Assembly (NCBI GenBank): GCA_053919585.1
Contig: CM132783.1
Reading direction: 5' to 3' (one strand)
DNA: 64,000 nt
From: Euprymna scolopes
Lineage: Eukaryota
In this document: piece after piece, positions 25,252 to 39,876 of the stretch
Position numbering within the stretch: the stretch's first letter is position 1
How the letters are laid out: each line of letters begins with the position of its first letter
The notes under the pieces: model-generated
Told to the model about the DNA's origin: nothing
Databases searched by the model: none
Seen by the model: the letters and a program-made list of their open reading frames with translations, nothing else
Translations under genes and position numbers: made by a program

Positions 25252-28200
25252 CTAGAAAAAAAATTTTGTTCAATTTTATTTACTCTCAACAAATACAAGA
25301 AAAAAATGTTTATGAAATTTCAAATGAAATAATCAGAGAATCAAGAAAACAAAATTAAAAACAAACTGAGATAAAATTTTTATCAAACTTAGTTCATGTA
25401 TTCTAACAATCCCAATTGAAGAAAGTATAAGGCATATTTTATTTTCTCTTCTTACAATTATCTTGTGGAATTTTAAAAGTTGGGCCTCAATAGCATTTAA
25501 GCTGACATCAAACCGCGATTATAATTAACCACTTTAATTATTAAAAAAAAATGTTGTACCATGTCATTGATACTATAGCAACATACTTCACTACAGTTTA
25601 CTGAAAAATTATGTACTCCTACCTAGACAACGGGTAATATGGAACACTTCAATTATGACTGGAAGTAAAGATAAATAAATTAAAGAAAAAATAATCTGCA
25701 CAGGAGAATAACTTATTTTAAATTGAATATAGAGAGTTGCCTCCCTTACAGTTCATAGCCTTTTGTGCTAGAATCATGATGCAGTATCTGTTCTGATACC
25801 ACACTTCATGTATTTTGTTCTCAGTTAAAAATCAAAAAACCCTTCTAGACCAAGGCAATCTAGAGTGGTCTGTTTTTTTTTTTGGGGGGGGGGTCTCACA
25901 TTAAAACCGATCTTGTGTCTAACTATCCTTGTGAGAAGGCATGTAAATAGGAAGTTCACTGCATCTTGGGGAAACAATTGATAACAAATTTTGTGTCATT
26001 TGTCAACAGCAATTTGTGAAGTTTTGCACCAATAAATGCTTTACAATTTTGATTAGACCTATTGCGGTTAATAATAGTTGTTCATTGTGTGTAGAAAACA
26101 TTGCTTTTCATAATTAGCTAGAAATGACAGTGGCTGGAATCAGTTTCCTCCTCATCCAATTACTAGTACTAAAAGAAGAATCAGAAAAACACTGTCATCC
26201 CTTATCTATAAAAGGTAAAAAAGAAACTTTTTTTTTTCAAGTACTTAAATTTTTTTTTTTTAAATTACATACCTTCTTTATTTCTGCCAAATCTTCTTCT
26301 GATACTTTGGTCAAGAAGTTGTTGGGTACGACTTGGATTAGCACCAGCCATGATACGAGCTGTAGCCTCATACAAGAAAACCTGATGAATAGAAAATAAA
26401 AGCACTTAAATATTTGAATAAAAAATAACACTAATTCACCATCATAATAGCTGTTAAATTCTTTTTTTTTTTTAACTTGGTTCTGTTTGAATAGCTACTT
26501 TTCTTTCTTTCATTTTTAACTTGGTGCACAGTAATAATCAATTTGAAGTCTGTCTTCTGGAGGTTGAAGATTCAATTCTGTGTGAACAATACTAAAAATA
26601 ATTAGAAATTATATTAAGCATTTTACCCTGTCACTGTTGACAGAACAAGAGCAGGTTATACCTGTGGATTAAATAAAGGATTTCATTTGAAATTTTATAG
26701 AGATTCACCTTGAGTTTTACAAGATAATGAGTGGAGGTTAACATCAGCCAAAACATTGTTAGAATAACATCCAAAATATGAGAACAGTAACCGAAATAAT
26801 ACAGATTATCAATCTTTATTTAAAAAATTCTGAAATGTAAAAATGCTACTGTTAAAAATAATTTAAAAGGGATCTTGAAAAGGTTATGGAAACCATCCCT
26901 AATAAACTCTATATCTAGAAGGTTGAATCTCAAATCTAATTGTGCAGAGATAGATAGTACTGGCTGTGTGTGTATCTCCTTAAACATTGTTGGGATTCAA
27001 CAAATTTGAACATACATACATAATTTGGAATGTTAAAATCTTCGAAAAGACAAAATTCTTAAGGTTTTAATTTTAGTCATGCAACTAATTTTCTTTAGGC
27101 TTTTACAAAACGACAAATAAATTGTATAAAAAACATACTTTTCATTAATCATTTCTTTAAAGTAAATGATATTTTAAAAGAAAAAAATATATCGTTTTTA
27201 GCTTTCCTAAATTTCTAATATGTCAATTTGAATTTTATTTTGACTATATGATGATCCTAATATTTTAATAATCAAATTTTCTCTTTGACACTCACCTTCT
27301 TCAAAGCTAATTTCACATTAGCAGCAATGTGACGAAGACATGCCAAATCCTGCTGGAAAGCAATGAGTTCAGTTGGTGATGGCTTGGTATAGTTTGAGTC
27401 TTGGCTTTGACGTAGTTGCCACACTTCCCTTCTAGTTCTTAGCAAGAGGTCACACGTTGGCAGCTGGATGCCCTGCCATAACAATCGTAAACATAATTTA
27501 GCCGATTCCAAAGCATTCAGAAAGCAAATTACTTATAAAAATAAATTTTTAAAAACTATGGTAAACAAACGAAGCAGGAGATGGCCAAAATCAAACAGCA
27601 GAAAATGGATTGTAAGCTGGACTATTTGAGCCAAGTTTACGCAAATATTTGTGAGCATTTTTCACACAATTTGGAAATTTGAGAGCTGATCAATAACTTG
27701 ATCAGTCCCCAAAAGTCACATTAAATGCTGTATCAAAATCAGCAACAACAAAACAATGTTTAAGAGCAGCTCTTCATGTTTAAGGAGTCATAAAATTAAA
27801 CATGGCTGGCAAACTCATTTCTAAAAATCTTGAGTACAACATTTAAACACACTAATAAAAGTTGGTTCATCTTAGCAAATTGTTTCGTAAAATGTACTTT
27901 CAATTATCATTCTTAAGAATGGCATCAGAATATAAGAAACAACTAATAAATGATCGCTTGATTGACTTAGTTTATTGATATGCTAATCTGTTTATGATCG
28001 TTTTATATCTAAAAAGGGTTATATTAAGTCTATATTCTACAATATATGTGTTCCACTCACATGCATACAATTATAAATGAGAGTTTGGGGTGTTTTGTGT
28101 AGTTGACATGTATTTGTAACAGGTTGCATCAATTTGATAAAAGATGCAAAGTTTCTGAATTATTTCACGATAAGCACTTTTGTCTTATCAAATGCAGTTT

Positions 28201-28712
28201 CTTTTGTCAAATGGTTATTGTCAAGATTGGCTGCTTTTTTTATTTTTTATTTCTTGTTTTTGCTCTGCAGACAGAATGTGGGTGATAAGCAAGATAAGTT
28301 CCTTTCTGATTATTTATCTTCTCCTTAAACAATGTGAAAATGCCTCCTCCTTTCCACAGTTAAGAATGGCTTTCTTGTCCACTTGAGAAAGTCTAATTCT
28401 TCATCCAAATGTACAGCAGAAACCGGAAGTTAAAAAGAGCAGACAATCTTAACTATAACCAGCCAAACTGTTCGGAGTATAACAGTGTCAATTTATTCAA
28501 AAATTAGTGCAAAATTCTCATTGATGCAACGCTTGAAGTCATAAGTGACACTGAATTTTGTAGATTTTAACTACAACTCACCAGTAGTAGAACTAGTCAC
28601 CTGCACAGATAGTCGAAGAGTGTATCGGATTTTGTACAAGTATTTATTTGAATGATTATAGTGTCAAATTTTCACAATACAATAAAACTACTGTCACAAA
28701 AAGGATAATCAG

Positions 28713-28749
<37 letters not shown>

Positions 28750-31700
28750 TTTTGGAGAACAGGAAAATCAAAACATTGACTGTCTGACCTCGGTTATGCC
28801 GAACTGAAAGCATGACTTTCTCTCCACAACTATACTATTGATCAGACTGCTTATTTTCTGGATTTCTTCCTCTTTAAAATGTAACAGTCAAATAAGTAGA
28901 GAATGAAAGGTATCACCATTTTGGGATGGTAGAAATCCTTCAAAGATGATGCTTAATGAACACATTGGGGAAGTGGGGAAAGGTAACAATCCTCTGCAAA
29001 TAAAACATTTTTGTAAAAATCTCAGAAATTTTAGATTGTAGCTCATATTGACACTAAAAATCTGTAATAAAAAATACAAAATATAAAATAAACATTTTAT
29101 TGTACCTCCCATAAATATTTTAAAACTTATTTCTAGTAATCCATTGAAATGTATGTTAACAGAAGAAAATTGTTGCTGTTTTAATGTTAAACTTTCATTT
29201 TTTTTTAATACATGAGGATTTGCTAAGATTTTTATAATCCAGAAAAGACTCTTTTTTGACAGTTTAGATACTTAATTTTCTTTCAAATTTCAGAGCTTCA
29301 AAAATTCTTTTTTTTTTCAACTATTAACCAAAGATTAAAATGGTTGAATTGTTTATCAATAAATCGAAATCCAATTAAATAGTAAAAAAATAAAATAAAA
29401 ACTACTTCAAAAAGAAAATATGTATTTATCTTGTGATGACCACAAAACTATAAGTTTAACAATAACTTGAGAATTGACTGTCAGCTTCTGCTAGATATAC
29501 AAACAGTAAGGCATAGTCACTGTAGATATTTAAGCATTTGTGTATGGCACAGTTAACATGAAAAGGCAACAATAAATAGTAAAAATTGGGAGAAAAAAGA
29601 AAAATGTAAGAAAAAAGTTTAAAGTAAAAATTAAAAAATGGTCCTGTAAAAATTCATAACTATTTTTATTTTTGTTTTTTATGTTAAATGATAACAAAAA
29701 AGAAAAGAAAAAAATTAGAATTTCAGAAATCCACATTTATGTGTAATTTGGTAACCTATCTTCCCCAGGCATGTTTTCTTCATTTTGTGTTTATTAAAAA
29801 ATTCACTTTAAAACCATAGTCTGTGTCTAATTTGTGTCTAATTTCTTTAAAAAAAAAAAATAAATAAAAAAAAAAAAAAATAATAATCACTGAAACTGAA
29901 ATGATAATCTTCTCTTCCCCATTTGTATATATTATTCAATTTTACATTATTAATCAGTTTTCAAACTAAGAAAAAAATTAAAACTTACAAGCAGAAACTA
30001 CCTCATCATATTCAATTTATAAACTTACACGAACTACATCATCATGTTTAATTTAACATCCATTTTACATGGTGACAGATTGGATGACTTTAATTCATCA
30101 GGTCTATCTCTCAAGTCAATTTTCATTACTTTCTATGTTTTACTTGGCCTTCCTCTGTAAACTGATACAGCCACCTCAATCGTTCTAAATCTACTAATTT
30201 AAGAACTCTCATCCATTCTTTTAACATGGTCATACCATCAAAGTCTGTTGTTCTGCACATATTTCCCTATACTGTGCAGATTTATTTTGAGCTCATCAGA
30301 ACTAAGCCCTTCTTTAAGACTCACATTACACATTTGTTTCATTGTCATATTACGCCCCTCCATGCAATGCATGTCCTCAACTCCCATTATTCACAATGCA
30401 TACACATGCCTGATAAACTCTTCCTTCAGTTGACCACAGTAGTACTTTGCTGGTGAGTAATGGGAAAAGTTCTTTGAACTTATTTCATCCACTCCTAACT
30501 CTTACAAACAGCACCTACTCCACCCTGTACTCAAATGGTATCACCAACATAAAACTTTGACAAATTCAACAGCTTTGCCATGTAAATATATTTTGTCCAC
30601 ATCTCAGTTCTCATCCATCTTCATTGACTTAAACTTCATGCACAATTGGTTATCCTCTCTCAGCCAACCAGTAATTCCACTGCATTTCTTGTGCTTACAA
30701 GTACCATAAAAGATTGAATTGCATCAAACTTCCTTTTGATAAATTGCACAGGAGATTTTTTCTCTTTTGGGGAGTATTCTAACACTACATCCACTGATCA
30801 TCACTTGGTAACATTCACTCTCAGACCATTACTTTTCATAGCATTCATACAAGTCTAACTTTAGTCTTGCATTGTATTAAAAACAAATACTATTAGTATA
30901 CAGCATCTTTTTTAGATAACCCATATGAAACTCTCTGGACAATTCTTCAGAGACACAAATGAAAAGCAACAGACTCAGTACAGAATCCTGCCATACTCCT
31001 GCTTTAACATTAAAGCTATCATTAAATGTGCTGTTAATTCTAATACAATTGAGCATTTTTGTACATTATTGAACAACTTTCATCAACCACTCGTTTATCC
31101 CTAGTTTATGCAAAGCCCACCAGATAAACTCTCTTGGCACTCTTTCAAAAGCTTTTTCCAGCTCCACAAATGCAAAACACAGGTTCTTCTTTTTTTCTTA
31201 TTAAAGTTTTCTAATAATTTTTTAAAACCCTTCAACTAATTTTGAAAGTATAAATGACTATTACAATTTTAGTGACATGTGCATTTTTAGAGACTGACAA
31301 TATTGTTAAAATCAATGCAATTTATAAGAAATATTAGAAAACTTGTCTCACGATAAATATAGCACCAATTGTACTTTGTCTAAATTTAAACTCTAATTGT
31401 AATTCATCCATGCTTATCTGACTTATTTGCAGCTCAATTATTCTCTTAATCATTTTCTGCAATATATCCCAAAACATTTACCAACATGTTTTGTTGTTTA
31501 TCTGTAATGTAAGAATTAGTAATAAGAAAATGAACATAGTAATCAGCATCATTTTATTTTTTTTTAAAGGAAATTTTATTCATACTATTCATAATGTAGA
31601 AGTCTCTTAAGAAATCATGAAAATTTTTGATGATTAAAGATCTTTACAGTTGAAGAGAAATGTCTGCTTATTAAATTTGTCAGCAGCTGGTGCTTTTGAA

Positions 31701-34364
31701 GTTGGTTTTTGGAACCTACCATTCTGTTTCACTAATTTTTGTCTTAAAATAAATGCAAAGTACTATAAAACTAAATCAAAATAAAAAATTTTTTTATCTG
31801 TAATGTAAAAGTAGTTTTATTTATTTATTTATTTTTTTACAAATGTTTATAGTTTAAGAAAACTTTCATAAAAAATCTATCTATATAAAGTCAAACAGAA
31901 ATGTGTTTATGTTCGTAAGCAGCTGACATTTTAGTACATAAACATCATATGCCTCCAGTGTAACAATATTCCTAGCCAGAATAAGCATCTTTTGAAATAA
32001 ATTGTAGCAAAGTGTGCCATTATATTGCCAATAACATGGTAAAACAACAACAAATGAAAGTTGTCAAGTCATAATCAAAATTGAATTTGTCAAAATGCTA
32101 TTTAAGTACAACTTATAAAATCTGTCCAACTTGATTATATATATAACACAAAAGATGATGAATGAAAAACAGAATACTAGAGATGTTGTCCATCTGCGAA
32201 TCTGCTGAGAAAGATGATAGTAACTGTCCCTGATTACACTGCGTATGCATTGCATAATCTAAAGCCAATGCAATGCAACTAACAATGCAAAACAGACACA
32301 GTCAAAAGAGAATGTTATAAATTCATCAATATCAGGCACTGCATCGGATGCGACAAAGAACCAAAAGAGAAGGAGCAAAAAAAATCATGGCGTATTTGAA
32401 AAAATTACAGCTGACTTGCAACAAGATATGTAAACATATTTCCATTCATAAAGAAAACAGTAAAGATAGAATTCATCCATTTCTAATTAAACGTACACAT
32501 ACATCAATAAGTATGTGAGAACCGTAAAGAAAATCTTTTCCTTTTCAACATAATCTTTCCTTGTCAATGTACTTGATCAATGATAAATATCACATGATTG
32601 AAACATTCAGATAAAAATTCAGCTGCCATGTTATGACTTTTGGTTTATTATTTTATATAAATTTACATTTATATATAAAAAAAAATCATTGCAGGCAAAT
32701 TAGAGAACTTATGTTATGCCAATTTAAGCAGTTTCTTTTTTTAAACCTTCAACTAATTTTGAAAATATAAATGACTACTACAATTTTAGTGACATGTGCA
32801 TTTTTAGAGAATGACAATATTGTTAGGATCAATGTTATTTATAAAAAAATTAGAAAGCCAGCTGAAAAAAAAAATGAAATAAAAATATAATAGATATAAA
32901 AAATATCTATTAAAAAGTGCTCAATACACAAAAATCTATAGAGCTAATAAAAATTAATAAGCAGAATTCTCACACCCAATTTCACTAAACATGAATTGTC
33001 AAGCAAAGTTTCAACTGATGATCCTAGTTTGATTAAACTCAAATAGTAAATTTCTGTTTATACAGATATTAATAAATATGGTTGTATTATTGGCTATTTA
33101 TATAAAGAGCTGTCATAGAGCTTATGTAGTTTTAAGTTTGTGGCATAGGGTAAATAGTGCAAGGTGGTCCGTAGTTTCTCATCTCATGTTCTTTAGAACA
33201 TGTAATCTTCAATATAATTTGGTAAGCTATTTCTTATAAATTGAAAATTATTTGAATTTATCCCAGATTTGTTACTAAATATAGCACATTTTCTTTGCTG
33301 GATAAGCAACTTCTCACACAGAAAGTCAGAGATAATATCACTGTTATGCTGATATCTAGTTCCACAGCCGCCAGTGTCATCAGGAACTTAAAATTTTTTT
33401 TTTTTTTGCCAAATAGCTATTTCATAATTTCCTCCATATATACTAGATTTTAAATCTAAATACAAATACATAAATGCTAACTTAGTCTGCAGTCACATAT
33501 TTTCTTCCTTTCTTTTTGATTTCCTTTTTTAACTTTAGCATTTCTTTTTTTATTATTTACTTTTTGAATTTGAGCCGATTCTTTTTAAATTTCTAAATAT
33601 AGAGGGTTGGGGGAGGGGTATAGAAAAAAGATGAGAGCATATATTTCGCAAATTTAAAAATATACTTGTTGATGTGTGTGTGAGGATATCTATAGATTTT
33701 AGTTTTACTGGTAGTTTAAAAATCAATAAATATTTATTATTTTATCATTAACACGAGCCATGAAAAATTAAGTTTTAAATGAAAACAAATAAAAGTAATA
33801 AAAAGAACCGTTTTTTGACATTGGAAAATAGGCACAAATTTTTCTGATTCTGATACTGATTCAATACCCCAAAATCGGATTTTTCATTTACTTGAATTTA
33901 TCCCAGATTTGTTACTAAACAGCACATTTTCATATCATCCTAAAACTAGTACCAATGTCAACCTAACCTGAGTGGCTTCCGGGCCTTGATAAGTGGTGAC
34001 CACCGTGTAAAAAAAAAAAAAAAAAAAAATCCCACTTTAAAACTTTACTTAAAACGAATATTTTGAACATAAAAAAAAAGATAGAAAAATTCAAAATAAC
34101 TGAAATGTGAAAGGCACAACAATTTGAAAATGAATCAAAACTACTTACTCTAAGTATTTCTGTTCTGTCGTAAGTACGAGAAAACTTTAGGCTTTCACGA
34201 AGAAGACGACCTGCACGATCACATTGCCGTAATAAAGATGAAAGAGAACTTCCTGGTGTATGTGACAGGAAATTACGACGGGCTTTGTAGGCAAAGAAAG
34301 TGGCTTTTGGTAGTGGATCACTGAAACAAGAATAAATTTTACACTTGCAAGATGAAAATAAAAT

Positions 34365-34405
<41 letters not shown>

Positions 34406-37400
34406 CAAAGAAAGAGAATTCGTGTCAATGTATTTACCTGGAATCAATAAGTTTTTTTGGAAAGACATCCAAGAGATAATAATGTCTCTCAGCATTTTCA
34501 TAATCTCCCATCATCCAGTAAATAGCCACGTTGACAAGAGAAGACCACCAACGAGCAACTTCATCAACTTCTGAAAGAAATTTAATAACAGATGCAATTA
34601 AACTATCACAAAATCTAATATGTCGTTTTCTTTTTCAAAACTGTTAAATATACTTTACTTGCTGATATAGTTGACTATATTTAAAACAATTGCAGAGATA
34701 CAAAGAACTCCATTTTCATTCCCAGTATAGAAGAAGCTGGATATGTTTCCCCTAGACAATTGTCAGAGAATTTAAAGTTGATCTAATTATTTTTCATTCA
34801 TAAATTTAAAAACTTAAATACTAAGACCATAATTAAATAAAATATACTAATATTTCGATCCCATAAAATTGAAAATATTGAAAAAAAAAATGTCTTGCAA
34901 AGAATGGCATAAAAAATCTGTGGAAAATGTTTTAAGTGCTCTTTAATTTTTAATCAGTCTAAATAAACATGTTTTTTTAGCGATTGTAATGATTTTGATT
35001 GAAAACTATTTCATTGGCAGCAAAACATTTACCGTATTAAAGTGATTCATCAGAAAATTCATGTTTTTCTTTGGTTTAGAAGCATGATAATATTTGACCT
35101 TTGCATTAAACCAGAAATACTTAGTCTTCAAAATTCACCATTTGTGAATTTCATAAGGTCATGAAATAATCATTGTGGCGATCATTTATGTATTAATATA
35201 AGGCACAAATAAACTTAGTGATTTCATCGTCTTTAAAATGTCAATTACAAAAGAAGTTCTGAATAGAATCAGAGGTTAAAAGCAAAAGTATTATGAATCA
35301 TTTGTGCACCTTGATTAATAGAAAACGTGAATTATTAAACACAGCTCTGTTGTATGAAAGAAATACAAAACAAACAACGGACGGAAAATAAATTATTAAA
35401 ATTCTGAGATAGCACTCATCTTCTAAATGCTCACAGAGGTATCCAAAAATATTAATGTGGTTGAATCAACAAAGAAGAGGAGGGAGAAAGATAAAGAACT
35501 TGTTCGATTATTTATAAATTAAGCTAATTAGAACAAATCAAGCAATTCTTTTTAAACGATATGACTGAATCATAGAGCTAATGTATACTTTAGCATGTAT
35601 TTTGTATTATTAAAATTTATGGGAAAAAAGCTTTACAGAAACAAGCTTTGACCAATTCATATTTAGTATAACAGATTTAGGTTATTGTCAAGAATTTCCC
35701 CAATATTAAAAAACAAAAATAAAGAAAAATCTGTATGCTATATTTACCTGTGATGAAATGAAAATATTCCAAAAATAAAGTAAATTGATCCAGTAGTTTT
35801 ATTTTTATAAAGAAAAATGTTTATGAATAACCAAGAGATGACTGTCTTGCTTGCTATTTCGAAAAAAAAAAAAAACACCACAAAGGGAAATAATGTTGTA
35901 ATGCCTATAAATTCCCATTAATCGTTTAAAAATATATTTTGCTTATATAAAATAAAATTACTTAATTTGTGATTTTTGGAATATGATATTTTCGTTTCAT
36001 CATGGGTTCATACAGCATACAGATTTTTTATAGAGAAAATTTTTGGACAAGAACCCAGATTTGTTTTACAATTGTAGTAACATAAATATGATACTGACCC
36101 AATTAGTCATGGGTGGTCTAGTTATCTTTAACATCATCTATATATATAAAAGCGAAAATGTATGTATGTATGTTTTTATATCACATCTAAATGATAATAT
36201 ATATGAGTTACGAATGGGGGTCGCCTGTCTATTTAATTTGCCCGACTTTCATGCGTTATTTTTTCCAGATTTTTGGAGCGTCCCGTCTATCTTTCACTTT
36301 TCAGTATAAAACAAGCAAAAACTGGCTTGCAGCCACGTCATGTTTCAAGGTCAAACATCACGCGACTTAAGGTTCTCGTACCTGTTAATTTCATTTTATA
36401 AACGTTAAATTAAGGGATTTTTCATTCCTCTTCTCCCGTGGCCGAAATGGCTAGGTCCCAGGGTTTTTTTCCATTTCGTTTCTATCTCCACGTCAAAGGT
36501 TCGGGGTTCAAGCCTACTTTTCTACTAAAACTTTTTTTTTTCCTTTTACACCCCCAAATACCTGGCCAACACACACACCTACAAACATCCGGGCCACACC
36601 GGGTTATCCCCCCCCCCCGCTAGTGAACAATAAAATTCAAAAACTTTTTTTTTAAATACAGCAGAAAAAAAAAAAAAGAAAAAAAAAGGCAGCAAAGTGA
36701 ACAAACAAGATTGTTTACCTTGAACTGATTGTTTGACAGGTTCTTGAGTCAAACTTGTTGGATCTTTTGATTGCAAACAAGAACAATCTGTCAACAATTG
36801 GGTGTACTGAGTCACCTCACTGATGTGGCTGCTCCTAAGAAAAGAATAAGTACACTTAGCAATAGTTTTACTTTTACAGAAATAACCCAAGAAGGTACTA
36901 TTTTGAGTACAACTGTTTATTAATTACAGAAACAAAAATATTTCTTAATATTTAACATAAATAATATAGTAACTTCAAAAATTGAATGGAATTTATTTTC
37001 AAAGCTGAGCTAGTAAAAAAGAAAATTATTTTCTGATTTGGAACATTAAATTTTGAAATAATTATTTACAAATTCTGAAACAAAAATGTGAAATGTATAC
37101 AAAACATTTTAGATTAAAGTAAAAAGAAAAAAAAAAAAAAAAAATGAAAATAAGATTCCAGTAAATGTTAAGATTAGAGTTCGGAACGGACTGTTCTAAA
37201 AGGCAATTATTTTTTTTTAATGACATACTGAACATTATGGAGTTGAAATCTATTTAATATTGTGTATTAATAAAAAAAATTTAAAAAACATGTACATCAC
37301 ATGTTATGTTGCCATTTTCATAAAATGGTGATAATATAAGCATATTTACTTTAAAAAATGTTTTTCTTCAAATTTCAGGTGTAAAAAACACTAACCTTTA

Positions 37401-38041
37401 GATATAAAAGTAAAATACACAATTTAACTACTTTGATATTATGCAAATATATTCTGATACAATTATACTCCAATTATATTGTGTGTGTGTATTTTAAATT
37501 TATTTTTCAGGACTGGTTTCTTCTGTGGAAAACAACCATTTATAGGTCATTTGACAAGGACTTCTGATTTTAACTGACCATTTGTCCAAAATACTAGCAT
37601 GTCCGGTATCGTGGCCATGTAAATTTGTTTCTATTAATAAAAATATATACGGCACAATCGCGTTGACACACCGGTTCTCATCAGATCACCAAAGTTAAGC
37701 AACGTTAAGCCTGGTTAGTATCAGGTGGGTGACCATTTGGGAATTCTAGGTGCTGTATGTGCTCTCTGCTTATCTCGGCATTTGTTTCCAGTCGTCTTAT
37801 GCATACACTTCACTTGCCACTGGTATTTAACGATGTCAACTCAGGAGAGGTGTGGTTGGAGATTGCGCACCTCATGCCACAAAAATTTCATGCACAAGCA
37901 ACCCTTCGTAGGTATCCAGTCTGTCCAAGACTGAAGAAGTCTGTTTTGTTTTAATAAAAATATATCTTTCTCTTCTTTTATTGAGCATTCTTAATAATCT
38001 TGTTAAATTCATTAATTATCACTCTTGAATACCTTTAACCT

Positions 38042-38122
<81 letters not shown>

Positions 38123-39832
38123 ACCAGGTGGCATGTTTAATGGGTTGCATGTTTTCAATGCATGCAACTAATAGGCTAGCTATGGGAGAGATATTTTAAC
38201 CAAGGGACAAGAAACCAGCCAAGAAATGGGAAATGTGTCTGGTTTAGGTTTGATCATCCAGAATTTGATTTTTCCATTTGTAAAGATTAGTGTCTCTCTG
38301 ATCTGCTGAAAGAAAGTAATGTCCAATCAGATAAAAGACCCCTAGGCAGATGTTTTGTCATGTCTATAGATAAGGCTGGTCATTATTTTAAGGTGGACTG
38401 CTGAGTTATCTACAACAAAAGACCCCAATATCTATATATTCCAACCATGGACCAAGAAATATCAGTTGGCTTTCTGGACATCTCCCGATTAATTAAAGTT
38501 TGTATGCCTCTCTCCAAGCAAGATGGGGATAAACGATTGTCTCGATTTGAAAGTGTTGATGGATATTATTTTAACAAAATAAAACATTTGTTTTATGTTA
38601 GAGTCATACTTTTGTTTGAAGAGAAAATGCTTATATTGCAACAGTGACTGAGACCTTACAGTTGATATTACGACTGGTATTGTTAGAATTGAGAAACAAC
38701 TTCAGACTAGTATAACAGGTAAACGATCATGGTCTGTGCAGTGAATGCTCACAGAGTGATAGAATCGTTATTTAGATATCTGACTTAATAAAAATTAATA
38801 TCTTTTACACGATATACAGTATTATATATTCTTACCTCTCAGCTTTTGTAGGATTTGAAATAGCATTTAAAGATTTTTCCAAAAGATATTCACGAAATTC
38901 CCTGGTTAGAGCAGCAAGAGGATCAACTGGAAAAAAAGAAACAAAAAAAGGGATAAAAATATATACATAAAGAAAATCCATTTTAAGCAATAATTTTATT
39001 TTTTATTAAACCCATTTTTAAGTTTGACTACTTATTCCATCATCCAATGCATTCAAATGTATATAATAAATTTGTCAGAAGATATTGTCCATTTACAGCA
39101 CTTCATATTCAAACATAGATTTAACTCAATGTAACGACAAAACGATATTGTAATTTAAAGAATATATAGTGTACATTTTTACAGTTGTCAATTGTTTAGT
39201 ATCAAAGAAAACGTATTTAATAGAATAAAGTATAAAAATAAATAGAAGGAAATATAGATTCACAATAATTTAATAAATAAAATTTGAATATTAAGCACTA
39301 CTTAGCCAATATACTACTTCTGTGTTAATTTTTTTTTTGCTTTACTCCTTACAAGTGTGTGCTCAAGAACTGTGCTAGAGCACACATAGGTTTTAATTTA
39401 CAGAACAGAGACAGTCAGCAAATCATGATCTGAAGAATACAGGGTGATAAACTGTCAGTCATGTTGTTGACTGTCTACAAATTGAGATTTATCTATATAA
39501 AATCTCAGGATAATGAAATAATTGCCAACTAAAAATATAATTATAATAAACAAAATGAAAAAAAAAAAAAAAAAAAAAAAAAATTAGCGAGGAGAAGTTG
39601 CAGAAAAAGAAAAGATATTTTGTGATTTACCTGGGCTTCCAATTGTGGAGAATATACTGTCATCAAAATTTATGCTCCATTTCCCATCAACAAAGAAACG
39701 GTGACCTTCTTTATGACATAACCACTGGATTACTGTTGGTACTTTTCCACCACTTTTAGAGCACGCATGACGTACTTTGATTAAGAAATAACGCTAAAAA
39801 CAATTTTAAATATTTTATTTACATTTTAAAAC

Positions 39833-39876
<44 letters not shown>

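Noticed and set aside
30355-30410. Second mir-33 copy (TGCAATGCA words)
   Set aside because: It lies within RTE coding sequence, with no full mature match and no hairpin.
37649-37760. Functional 5S rRNA gene (also 42603, 48688, 9400)
   Set aside because: The copies are diverged, lack an oligo-T terminator after the head, are followed by SINE bodies, and two are flanked by TSDs.
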